Below, piece after piece: positions 26,603 through 36,155 of a stretch of 64,000 bases of DNA. The stretch comes from Candidatus Sulfomarinibacteraceae bacterium (GTDB taxonomy: Bacteria > Acidobacteriota > Thermoanaerobaculia > Thermoanaerobaculales > Sulfomarinibacteraceae). Below the pieces are notes generated by a model. The model was not told the origin of the DNA and did not search any database. It saw only the letters and a list, made by a program, of their open reading frames with translations. The stretch is from the NCBI GenBank assembly GCA_963796455.1, contig CAWCLO010000004.1:864001-928000 (forward strand), given 5' to 3'. The position numbers were made by a program, and so were the translations under genes. Position 1 is the stretch's first letter, and the number at the start of each line of letters is the position of its first letter.

Positions 26603-27825
26603 AAACCAGTTGCTGCGCTCCAGCAGCGTTGCTGATGATGCTTGTTGCCGGCCTGTTCGGCAGCGGCTGCGGCGTTGAGCAGAGCGACGCGGCCACATTC
26701 GATCGGATCACGGTGCAGCCCTTGCAGGCTTTCCATCCGCCGATCCAGACCGTTGTCCGCTCCGGCGACACCATCGAAAGCGTCAGCCGCCGTCTGGCCG
26801 GGCCGGACTGGATTCAGTGGCGGGATGTACTGGTCGCGGAAATCGATCCAAAGCGTTTGTTTCCCGGAACCGCGTTTCACGGTTTTCGCTCCCCGGCGGG
26901 ACGCCTCGAGCACCTCGAGGTGGTCTTCGATCGCCGAACCGAGGTCCACTTCAACTCGGGGGACGACGGGATTCTGGTCGATCACATCCAGCGGCCGATC
27001 GCGAGTGAAGAATTGCGGATCGTCGGTGTTGTCGAATCGTCGCTCTTCGGCGCGATGGACGCCGCCGGTGGAAATCCCGAACTGGCGGTTCGGGTAGCCC
27101 AGATCTATCAGTGGGACATCGACTTTCTCCGCGATCTCCGCAAGGGCGATCAGTTCGTCGTTGTGGTTGAAAAACAATTGGTGGCGGGGGAGTTCTACGG
27201 TTGGGGAACCATCTATGCGACCCGATTCGTCAACGGCAGCCGGACACTCGACGCCGTGGTCTATCCCGACAATGACGGCCAGTTGGGCTATTTCGATCTC
27301 GAGGGCCGGCCGCTGCGCAAACAGTTTCTGCGCTCGCCGCTCAAGTTCAGCCGGATCACCTCGCGCTTCAGCATGAGCCGCTTCCACCCGGTGCTCAAAC
27401 GGCGCATGCCGCACTACGGGGTGGACTATGGCGCACCTTCCGGGACACCGGTTCTGGTGACCGCGGACGGTACGGTCAGATTCGCCGGGCGCAAGGGCGG
27501 CGGCGGCAACATGGTGACGGTTCGTCATACCAACGGCTACGAAACCAACTACCTCCATCTTCGAGGCTTCGCCAAGGGCGTCCGCCGCGGTGCCAGGGTG
27601 CATCAGGGGCAGGTGGTTGGATACGTTGGTTCGACAGGGCTATCTACCGGCCCGCACCTCGACTACCGGGTCCAGTTGAACGGCAAATGGATCAACCCGC
27701 TTTCGATTTCGTCGCCCCCGGTCAAACCGCTGACTACCGATCGACTGAAGCGATTCCTGTCGCACGCGTTGGCCATTCTCTCGCTGATTGAAGGTGAGGA
27801 GCCTCCGGCCGGAGCCCGTTGTTGA
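26599..27825 (+). CDS. M23 peptidoglycan DD-endopeptidase (MepM-like)
   Basis: HYGVDYGA, YLHL, STGPHLDY. Confidence 0.93.
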   Translation: MKTSCCAPAALLMMLVAGLFGSGCGVEQSDAATFDRITVQPLQAFHPPIQTVVRSGDTIESVSRRLAGPDWIQWRDVLVAEIDPKRLFPGTAFHGFRSPAGRLEHLEVVFDRRTEVHFNSGDDGILVDHIQRPIASEELRIVGVVESSLFGAMDAAGGNPELAVRVAQIYQWDIDFLRDLRKGDQFVVVVEKQLVAGEFYGWGTIYATRFVNGSRTLDAVVYPDNDGQLGYFDLEGRPLRKQFLRSPLKFSRITSRFSMSRFHPVLKRRMPHYGVDYGAPSGTPVLVTADGTVRFAGRKGGGGNMVTVRHTNGYETNYLHLRGFAKGVRRGARVHQGQVVGYVGSTGLSTGPHLDYRVQLNGKWINPLSISSPPVKPLTTDRLKRFLSHALAILSLIEGEEPPAGARC

Positions 27826-28832
27826 AGCCCAAAAAAAGCATCGCGATGATCGCCGAGGCGCCCTGCCGCGCCGATTTTGCAGGCGGAACTCTCGATATCT
27901 GGCCCCTGGGACTGCTGCACGACGGTGCGTTGACGGTCAACGCCGCGATCCCGGTAGCTGTACGCCTTGAAATCGACATCGAAGGACCAACGGGAGAGGT
28001 CTGGCATGCGGTGGGTGACGATACGTGGCGAAAGCTCTCGCGATCAGATGAATGGACCGACTTGACGGCGGCGGTGGCCTTCGCCGTGATGCCGGTGGGT
28101 GGAGTCAGGGTGCGGGTGCTTTCGCAGGCATCCTTGGGCTCCGGGCTCGGTGGTTCGTCGGCCTATGGAGTGGCGCTGGCCCGAGGGATTCTCATCGTTC
28201 GCGCCAAGGAGTTGGCCGATCATCTGCTGGTGGGCCTGGTTCGTGATCTCGAAGCCAGGATTCTCGGTGTTCCGACCGGCGCCCAGGACCACTGGGCGGC
28301 CGTGCGCGGCGGGGTGCTGGCCCTCCACGTCGAAGCGGGCGGCGATCGCATCGAGGCCCTCGATGTGGACCCGGAGTGGCTGGGCGAAAGGATGACCGTG
28401 TTCGACACCGGCATCGCCCACCATTCCGGGATGGTCAACTGGGAGGTCATCCGTCGTCGCCTCGAAGGTGACGAGGCGACCGTGGAGGCCCTCGAAGCAG
28501 TCTCGCAAGCGGCGCAACAATGCCGCCAGGCCCTGCTCGAAGGTGATCAAGAACGGGTGGGTCAGGCGATTGCTTCGGAGTGGTGGAACCGCCGAATCCT
28601 GGCGCCGGAGGTTTGTCCACCGGAACTCGAGACGGTTGTTGTGGCGGGTCTTTCGTCCGGAGCCGCGGCGGTGAAGGCATGTGGCGCCGGTGGTGGAGGA
28701 AGCGTCCTTGTGTGGCATCACCCTGGTGCGCGAGACGAAATCGTCGCCGCTCTGATGACAGCGGCCCCAACGGGCAGGGTCGTCGCCACCGGCATCGAAA
28801 CCACAGGTTGCCGGGTCCTTTACGGCGAGTAG
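27819..28832 (+). CDS. GHMP-family sugar kinase
   Basis: APCRADFAGGTLD, GSGLGGSS, CGAGGGG. Confidence 0.92.
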   Translation: MLKPKKSIAMIAEAPCRADFAGGTLDIWPLGLLHDGALTVNAAIPVAVRLEIDIEGPTGEVWHAVGDDTWRKLSRSDEWTDLTAAVAFAVMPVGGVRVRVLSQASLGSGLGGSSAYGVALARGILIVRAKELADHLLVGLVRDLEARILGVPTGAQDHWAAVRGGVLALHVEAGGDRIEALDVDPEWLGERMTVFDTGIAHHSGMVNWEVIRRRLEGDEATVEALEAVSQAAQQCRQALLEGDQERVGQAIASEWWNRRILAPEVCPPELETVVVAGLSSGAAAVKACGAGGGGSVLVWHHPGARDEIVAALMTAAPTGRVVATGIETTGCRVLYGE

Positions 28833-28950
28833 GAAATGTGCGGCCGAGACCGCCGCATCACATTTGTGGTGCAGGCGTCTCGCCTGCACAAAAAACCGCG
28901 GGGCACACCTGCACCCCACGGTCAAAAACGCTGCGTTGCGTGACTGAATT

Positions 28951-29388
28951 CTATTCCGGAATCTTGAGCTTCTGGCCGACCTTGATGAGATCCGGGTTGT
29001 CGAGGATGTCGCGGTTGGCCTCGAAGATCTTCATGTACGCGCCGGCCTTGCCGTAGTACTTCTGGGCAATGGCGCCGAGGGTGTCGCCGGCCACCACTTC
29101 GTAGACCCGCTCTTCGACCACCGGTTCTGGCGCCGGCGCGGGTGCCGGTTCGGGGGCTTTCTCGACTTCGATGGCGTTGACGATATTCTCCGCCTTGACC
29201 ACCTGATCGAGTTTTTGCATCGCCAGATTCGCTGCATCACGGCTTTCGGCTTTGCCTTTGAGGGTGATGACTTTGCCCCGGACTTCGGCGCGCAGGCCGC
29301 TCACTCCCGGAGTTGTCGCCCCCACATCATTGATCGCTTCACTTACCTGGTCATCAAAACTCTTTCCGAACAGATCGAAGAGACCCAT
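28951..29388 (-). CDS. BON + LysM protein (Kbp/YgaU-like)
   Basis: MGLFDLFGK...; YEVVAGDTLGAIA...IFEANRDIL.NPDLIKVGQKLKIP. Confidence 0.92.
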   Translation of the reverse strand: MGLFDLFGKSFDDQVSEAINDVGATTPGVSGLRAEVRGKVITLKGKAESRDAANLAMQKLDQVVKAENIVNAIEVEKAPEPAPAPAPEPVVEERVYEVVAGDTLGAIAQKYYGKAGAYMKIFEANRDILDNPDLIKVGQKLKIPE

Positions 29389-29490
29389 CTTCGACACTCC
29401 TTTCTTCGCGCTTCGTTGTGGTGGCGCCACTATAGCAGCACTTTCGGGGGTGGGTATACTCGGCTCACACTCGGCCCGCCGGAGGAATGA

Positions 29491-31800
29491 ATGAGTGATC
29501 CCGATCTGTATCTGGGCAAGGAACTCGGTGGAGACGAACGGGTCCATCTCGACATGGACCATCTGACCACTCACGCGGTCTGCGTGGGGATGACCGGTTC
29601 GGGCAAAACCGGGCTCGGGATCGTCGCCCTCGAAGAGTTGGCTCGCCGCGGCACCTCGCTTCTCGTTGTCGATCTCAAGGGCGACATGGTGGATCTGTTG
29701 CTCAACTTCCCGTCCCTCGAGGGCGAGGACTTCGCGCCCTGGGTGCCCCCGGATGCGATCGAAGGTGGAGACCGCGCCGCGGTGGCTCAGGCGCAGGCTG
29801 ATTTCTGGCGTCAGGGCCTGGCCGGTTCGGGTCTCGGCCCGGACGAGATGCGCGAGGTCCGGGACGGTGTGAAATGGCAGCTCATCACGCCCGGGTCCGG
29901 CGCCGCTGCACCACTCGACATCCTGCCCGCACTGGCAGTACCGGCGGGTTGGGACCCCGAAAAGGACCCCGACGGTGCAACTGATCGGGTCAACGGTCTG
30001 ACGGCCGCCCTGTTGTCGCTGGTTGGACGCGGTGGCGATTATCTTGCCGACCGGGACCACGTTTTGACCGCCTCGGTGATCCTCGAGCACTGGCGGCGGG
30101 GCGATGCACTCGATCTTCCGGGGTTGTTGGGCAGTCTCGTCGAGCCGCCGATGGACACTCTGGGCGCGTTGTCGCTGGAGATCTTCTACCCGCGTGATGA
30201 ACGGATGAAGCTGGTGATGGCGCTGAATACGTTACTCGCCTCACCGGCCTTCTCGGCCTGGACCGAGGGTGTTCCGATGGATATGGACCACCTGCTGGGT
30301 AGTCCCGAGGCGCCGCGCGCGAGCATCGTGTCCATCGCCCACCTGGACGAACGACAACGGCACTTCGTGATCGCCATGCTGGTCTCCGAGTTGGTGGCCT
30401 GGATGCGCCGCCAGCCCGCGTCCTCCGGTTTGCGCGCGCTGCTTTATATGGATGAGGTCATGGGGATCGTGCCGCCCTATCCGAAAAACCCGCCCACCAA
30501 GGGCCCGCTGCTGACGCTTTTCAAACAGGGGCGCGCCTACGGCGTCGGCGCCTGGGTGGCGACCCAGAACCCCGTCGATCTCGATTACAAGGCGCTCGGA
30601 AATGCCGGCGTCAAGCTGGTGGGGCGACTGATCACCGACCGCGATCGCGAACGGGCCCTGGAAGGCCTCGGAATGAACGAACTGCCCGATGGTCGAGACG
30701 CCGATGAGGTGGTCGCTGCTCTCGGTAAGCGCGAGTTCGTGCTTACCGATGTTCGGGCCAAAAAGCGGGTCCGCACCCTCTCTTCTCGCTGGGCGATGAG
30801 CTACCTGCGCGGGCCGGTGACTCTGACCGAGATGGGGCCGCTTCTGCCGAAGGCTCCGATCGAAGTGGGCGAGAGCTCCTCGGAACCTACGCCTCAACAG
30901 GCTGCCGTCGGTCGGAGCCAGGCGCCGCCGGTGGCCGCCAAAGTGGCGGTTGCCTACGCTACGGGTTCTTCCGGCCTCGCGGCGCCCAGTCTTTTGATCC
31001 GCAACCGACTGAGCGTCCAGCGCACGACCCTCGGCCTCTATCGCGAGGTCGAAGAGGTCTGGAGAATTTACTCCCGGGACGACGGACGGCTGCAGTGGGA
31101 AGAAGCTGAATCGCTGCTCGAGGTGCCGGATATCGAAGAACGTCCTTCGCGAGACATGACCTTCCCCGATGCTCTTCCCGGACGCCTTTCGGACAGCTTC
31201 AAAAAGGCAGAGGGTGAGTTCAAGACCTTTCGTGCACGAAACCCATTGCTGCTGCAGGTCAACTCCAAACTCAAGCTGGTTGCGGAGCCGGGCGAAACCA
31301 ACGAAGCCTTTCTCGAGCGCTGCCTCTTTTTTGCCGACAAGGCCGACGACGCAGCCCAGGAGCGGGCGCGGAAAAAATTCGAAAAACGGATGAAGACGGT
31401 TCAGAAGCGCCTGGCCAAGGAACGAGACGAACTCGACAAGGATCAGACGCAACTGGATTCGCGCAAAACCGAAGAAAAGATGGGGATGGTGGAAGGCCTG
31501 TTTTCGGTTTTGCTCGGTTCAAAGAACATCAGTTCGGCCTCTCGCAAAGCGGCGACCAAATTCAAGACTGCGTCCAGCAAACGCCGGATGCGCCAGAGCG
31601 CCGAGGCGGCCGTGACCGAATCGATCAACGAGATTGAACGTCTCGAGGAGGAAATCGAGGATCTCGCCGAGGAGATGCAGGAGGAGATCGATCGCATCGC
31701 GATCGAGTCGGAGGAGAAGGCTGAACAGATCGAAGAGACGGCGGTCAAGGCCAAAAAGGCTGACATCAGCGTGCTCGATCTTTGGCTTTTGTGGGAGTGA
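29491..31800 (+). CDS. HerA/DUF87-like P-loop ATPase with C-terminal coiled coil
   Basis: GMTGSGKT, LYMDEV, ATQNPVDLDYK. Confidence 0.88.
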   Translation: MSDPDLYLGKELGGDERVHLDMDHLTTHAVCVGMTGSGKTGLGIVALEELARRGTSLLVVDLKGDMVDLLLNFPSLEGEDFAPWVPPDAIEGGDRAAVAQAQADFWRQGLAGSGLGPDEMREVRDGVKWQLITPGSGAAAPLDILPALAVPAGWDPEKDPDGATDRVNGLTAALLSLVGRGGDYLADRDHVLTASVILEHWRRGDALDLPGLLGSLVEPPMDTLGALSLEIFYPRDERMKLVMALNTLLASPAFSAWTEGVPMDMDHLLGSPEAPRASIVSIAHLDERQRHFVIAMLVSELVAWMRRQPASSGLRALLYMDEVMGIVPPYPKNPPTKGPLLTLFKQGRAYGVGAWVATQNPVDLDYKALGNAGVKLVGRLITDRDRERALEGLGMNELPDGRDADEVVAALGKREFVLTDVRAKKRVRTLSSRWAMSYLRGPVTLTEMGPLLPKAPIEVGESSSEPTPQQAAVGRSQAPPVAAKVAVAYATGSSGLAAPSLLIRNRLSVQRTTLGLYREVEEVWRIYSRDDGRLQWEEAESLLEVPDIEERPSRDMTFPDALPGRLSDSFKKAEGEFKTFRARNPLLLQVNSKLKLVAEPGETNEAFLERCLFFADKADDAAQERARKKFEKRMKTVQKRLAKERDELDKDQTQLDSRKTEEKMGMVEGLFSVLLGSKNISSASRKAATKFKTASSKRRMRQSAEAAVTESINEIERLEEEIEDLAEEMQEEIDRIAIESEEKAEQIEETAVKAKKADISVLDLWLLWE

Positions 31801-31804
31801 GGGA

Positions 31805-32660
31805 TCGAGCAGAGGAGCAGAGGAGCAGAGGAGCAGAGGAGCAGAGGAGCAGAGGAGCAGAGGAGCAGAGGAGCAGAGGAGACCTTGCCCTTATCACGTT
31901 GATCGACCCGCGATGATCTCCTTTTGCCCTCATCCGGAACTGAATCGGTGGGTCGTTTCAAGATGTCATCCTGAGCGAAGCGCTTTCGGCGCGCAGTCGA
32001 AGGATCCGCGGTCAAGGGGTTGTCGGTTCATCCCATAGATCCTTCGACTACGCCCCCTCTGGGGCTGCGCTCAGGATGACATCGGAAGGCGACCCTCCCA
32101 TGCAGGATGAATCGGTGCTATGTGGTTCTCCTTGGGTCACGTTCGACTGGTTGGGAACGGGAACCGAACTGTCGTTCAAGATGTCATCCTGAGCGAAGCG
32201 CTTTCGGCGCGCAGTCGAAGGATCTGCGGTCATGGGGTCTGTCGGTTCATCCCATAGATCCTTCGACTACGCCCCCTATGGGGCTGCGCTCAGGATGACA
32301 TCGGGAGGCGACCCTCCCGTACAGGATGAATCGGTGCTATGTGGTTCTCCTTGGGTCACGTTCGACTGGTTGGGAACGGGAACCGAACTGTCGTTCAAGA
32401 TGTCATCCTGAGCGAAGCGCTTTCGGCGCGCAGTCGAAGGATCTGCGGTCAAGGGGTTGTCGGTTCATCCCATAGATCCTTCGACTACGCCCCCTATGGG
32501 GCTGCGCTCAGGATGACATCGGGAGGCGACCCTCCCATGCAGGATGAATCGGTGCCGGGATGGTCCTCCCTTTCTCCTTTTCTCCCTTTCACCCTTTCTG
32601 CCTTTCGGTAACGGCAACGGGCTCGGGATCCAGCATCCAGCATCGAGCATCCAGCTTCGA
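31805..32660. repeat. Composite repeat, family A: (GAGCAGAG)n, box, 3 tandem ~218-bp REP-hairpin units
   Basis: Hairpins at 31964-32081, 32182-32300 and 32401-32518. Confidence 0.93.
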
Positions 32661-32699
32661 GCGACGGGGTCCTTTCCCTTGCACCCTTACCCGGAATCC

Positions 32700-33866
32700 C
32701 TATTCGGCTTCCGTCGGCATCCGATACCCCACCGCCGCATAGCCGACCCAGTGGTGGAGATTCGATGGCGCGGTATAGCCGAGGCCGGCCTCGCGAGCCG
32801 CGGCGGATACCGGAAGCTCTGCTTCGGATAGGCTTGTGCCGTAACGCAGGAGGGCGCCGACAGGCGGAGCGCCTTCGGTCGCCACGGCAATCCTGCGCAA
32901 GAGCTCGAGACCAAAAGGAATTGAAAACCGACCACACCACGGCAACTGGTATTCGAGGGTTTCCGGATCGACCAGGGTCTCGTGCATGGTCCGGAGCGCC
33001 TGTGGGTCGAGAGTTCCTGCCAGATAGTTCTCGGCCAGACCCCGATCTCGAGCAACTGCCTGTTCGTAGCCCTTTGTATCGGTGCCGAAAGGCGAATGGT
33101 CAAAATCGGGCCCGTAGTGGACGGCGTCCGACGAGACCACGACGGCCAGATCCCGTCCTAGGCGCCAGCCATTTTCTTCGAGGATCTCGACCACGGCCGA
33201 GGCGAGCACCTCATTGATCTCGGTCATCCTTTGCCAACCCATATACGGCACCAGGATCGGAACGATGGTTCTTTCGGGGTGGTCATGCTGGAGAAAGGGG
33301 ATGATCGCCTCGAGGGAGTGTTCACGACAGTGCATCGCGTTATCGACGACCAGCATTTCCGGGGGAACGGCGGCGATCAATCGGTCGCGGATCGGGTCGA
33401 CCGGAACCGGTCCCCAGGGTCCGTGCCAGGATTCGAAGTCGTCAAATACGATGCGATCTTCGAGAGCCCAGGATCGTGCACTATGAAAGACTCCGATCAA
33501 AAGCACTCTCGGAGCCGTGATTCGTTCGGTGAGGTGAACATAGACCCGCGAGGCATAGAGGTGGTCGTCATGCGGGCAGACGCCACCGATGAAACCATCA
33601 TCGGCAGTCATGCCAAGGGCCGCGTCCTGCGCCGCCACGGCCTCTTGCTCGAGCCGGATGGCGGTCGCCACGACCTCTTGCGCCTCGGCCTCGGCCACGA
33701 CAAAGCCCACCGTATCCATCTGGCCGCGCACCTGGTCGCCGGTTGAAGCCAGCCCCATCATGTTTTCCACTTCAGCTCGAGAGGGACCGTCCGGATTCGC
33801 TGCTGAAGCTGTTGCAGCCGCGGCCGCGGCAAAAACCATGCACGCCATAGCGAGGCACTGCGTCAC
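32700..33866 (-). CDS. Memo/AmmeMemoRadiSam protein B-like protein with signal peptide
   Basis: CPHDDHLYA, EHSLEA, SSDAVHYG, CG...VGYA. Confidence 0.85.
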   Translation of the reverse strand: MTQCLAMACMVFAAAAAATASAANPDGPSRAEVENMMGLASTGDQVRGQMDTVGFVVAEAEAQEVVATAIRLEQEAVAAQDAALGMTADDGFIGGVCPHDDHLYASRVYVHLTERITAPRVLLIGVFHSARSWALEDRIVFDDFESWHGPWGPVPVDPIRDRLIAAVPPEMLVVDNAMHCREHSLEAIIPFLQHDHPERTIVPILVPYMGWQRMTEINEVLASAVVEILEENGWRLGRDLAVVVSSDAVHYGPDFDHSPFGTDTKGYEQAVARDRGLAENYLAGTLDPQALRTMHETLVDPETLEYQLPWCGRFSIPFGLELLRRIAVATEGAPPVGALLRYGTSLSEAELPVSAAAREAGLGYTAPSNLHHWVGYAAVGYRMPTEAE

Positions 33867-35104
33867 GAATCACCTCCTGGAAATCTCTCTGAGACATAAG
33901 CGTCGATGATACGAAGAAAGGCCTCGGCGATCTCCTCGCTGGAGCCCTGAAGATTCGTCACCCGTTCTCCATCGACAAAGACCGGACACTTTGGGTCCTC
34001 GCCGGAGCCCGGGAGGCTGATGCCGATGTCGGCGGCCTTCGACTCGCCGGGGCCGTTGACGATGCAACCCATGACCGCGAGCTTGAGTCTCTGGGCGCCT
34101 GGGTGTTCGTCCCGCCATCGCGGCATGGCGTCTCGGAGATATGCCTCAACCCGTTGCGCGAGTTCTGCGAACACCCTGCTCTCGGTGCGACCGCAGCCGG
34201 GGCAAGCCGTGACCGTCGGGTGAAACGAGCGCAGGCTCAGCGCCTGAAGCAGTTCGCAGGCGGCGGCGACCTCCTCCGTTCGGCCGGCACCCGGCGCCGG
34301 TGTCAGGGACACGCGAATCGTGTCTCCGATGCCCTCGGCCAGCAGAACCGCCATCGCCGAAGCCGACCACACCAGACCCTTGGTTCCCATGCCGGCCTCG
34401 GTCAGCCCGAGATGGAGAGGCTGGCGCGTTCGCCGGTTCAGTTCACGATAGATCACAATCAGATCGACCGGCCGCGAGGTCTTGCACGAGATGACGATCC
34501 GATCCGGGGCCAGACCGTGCTCGAGCGCCTGGTCGGTGGATTCCAGGGCGGAGAGCACCATACAGTCGTTGAGGACCTCTTCCGCCGTTCTGCCGAGACC
34601 GGAGCGGGCATTCTCCTCCATCTTCTTCGTCACCAGAACGGAGTCCAGCGAACCGCCGTTGACACCGATGCGGATGGCTTTTCCGAGGTCGCGGGCGATC
34701 CGGCAGATCTCAGCGAAGTGAGCTGACGCGCGTCCTCCTCGGCCGATATTACCGGGGTTGATCCTGTACTTGGCCAGGGTCTCCGCACACTCGGCGTTGT
34801 CGCTGAGGAGGAGGTGACCGTTGTAATGGAAATCTCCGATCAGCGGCACGTTGCATCCGGCATCGGTGAGTCGCCGCTGAATCAACGGCACAGCCGCGGC
34901 CGCCCGCTCGTTGTTGACGGTGATGCGGACCAATTCGGCTCCGGCGGAAGCCAAGGCCTCAACTTGATTGGCTGTCGCCGTCACATCGTGGGTGGGGGTG
35001 TCGGTCATCGATTGAACCACAACCGGGGCCCCGCCACCGATGCAAACGCCTCCAACATCGACGGACACCGTTTTCTGAATCGGATGATTGATCTCGGACG
35101 CCAT
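33863..35104 (-). CDS. ispG: (E)-4-hydroxy-3-methylbut-2-enyl-diphosphate synthase
   Basis: VVQSMT, YRINPGN, HLGLTEAG, GIGDTIRVSL, CPGCGR, MGCIVNGPGE. Confidence 0.97.
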   Translation of the reverse strand: MASEINHPIQKTVSVDVGGVCIGGGAPVVVQSMTDTPTHDVTATANQVEALASAGAELVRITVNNERAAAAVPLIQRRLTDAGCNVPLIGDFHYNGHLLLSDNAECAETLAKYRINPGNIGRGGRASAHFAEICRIARDLGKAIRIGVNGGSLDSVLVTKKMEENARSGLGRTAEEVLNDCMVLSALESTDQALEHGLAPDRIVISCKTSRPVDLIVIYRELNRRTRQPLHLGLTEAGMGTKGLVWSASAMAVLLAEGIGDTIRVSLTPAPGAGRTEEVAAACELLQALSLRSFHPTVTACPGCGRTESRVFAELAQRVEAYLRDAMPRWRDEHPGAQRLKLAVMGCIVNGPGESKAADIGISLPGSGEDPKCPVFVDGERVTNLQGSSEEIAEAFLRIIDAYVSERFPGGDS

Positions 35105-35132
35105 ACAATGCTGATCATAGCGTTGCCTGGGG

Positions 35133-35522
35133 GTGCTTGTGGAAAGCAGAGTGATTCGAGTCGAAGATTCGGAAAGCAGCCGCTGGCTCGAGGCGAGGGT
35201 CGAGATCGTCGGCGATGATCTGGTTGTGGCCGTGGGTGGGGGAGAGCGTCCGCACGTCGGTGTCGTCGTTCTCGCCCAACCCGTCGCTTCGCGTGGCGCC
35301 TCGCTTTCGGTGCTGACGATCCCGCCGCACAAGGAAGAACCGATTGCGCGCGGGATTGCCAAGCGATTGGCCACTGAACTCGGACGGGTGGCCGCTGTGA
35401 CCGCCGGTGTCCACGATGACAACATCGATGCCGAAGGCATCGCCTGCTACCTGCGCCTGGGAGAAGAGCTTGCGGAAGAACTGGTGAACGCACTCGGTCG
35501 GATCGATCAATGGGATGATTGA
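35133..35522 (+). CDS. LpdD-like (prenylated-flavin chaperone) small protein
   Basis: GGGERPHVG, PPHKE, VTAGVH.D. Confidence 0.7.
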   Translation: MLVESRVIRVEDSESSRWLEARVEIVGDDLVVAVGGGERPHVGVVVLAQPVASRGASLSVLTIPPHKEEPIARGIAKRLATELGRVAAVTAGVHDDNIDAEGIACYLRLGEELAEELVNALGRIDQWDD

Positions 35523-35529
35523 TTCTTCT

Positions 35530-36090
35530 CCATAATCACGGGGACACCGAGAGAGAACGCCCGCAGATCACGCAGATTGACGCAGATCCATCGCACTCGA
35601 TCTCATCGCGATCAGATAAGCCACAGATGGCCCAGATGGACCCAGATAGAGCCAAGAACGTCGCAACCACGAAGACTCTAAGACACGAAGCCGCCACCAA
35701 GGCGCTTGTCACGGCGTAGCCGCGGAGCGACGAAGCCGGACCCACAGAGCACAAAGAAAAACACAGAATGAACCACAAAGAACGCAAAGTCGTAGAGACG
35801 CAAAGGGTTGGTTTGCGGGCTTTTGCCGGGGGGTGCCATCAGTGTCGGCAGATCGACAGACGATCTCCGATCGCCAGTCGCCGGTGAGGAGCGGGGTGAC
35901 TCCCGATCGCCAGCGCTCGGAGTAACCTCGCTCCCCACCGACCGGTGCGCCTCCGGCACACCGGTTCTGCCTTGCATCGGAGACCCCCTTCTTCAATTGA
36001 AAGAAAGGGAAGGCTGCCCGTCTGTCGACGGCTTGAGTGAAATGGCCGTCTGATCGCTATCTGGGTTCATCTGGGTGATCTGTGGGCGGG
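35530..36090. repeat. Composite repeat, family B (shorter copy)
   Basis: Shares cccgcagatcacgcagat and the ggtgccatcagtgtcggcagatcgacagacgatctccgatcgcc core with 23600 and 41330. Confidence 0.88.
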
Positions 36091-36155
36091 CAGGACGATT
36101 GGCTCTATCATGTCTCCGTGTCACCGTGCATCAATGACGAAGCCGCCCATATAGA

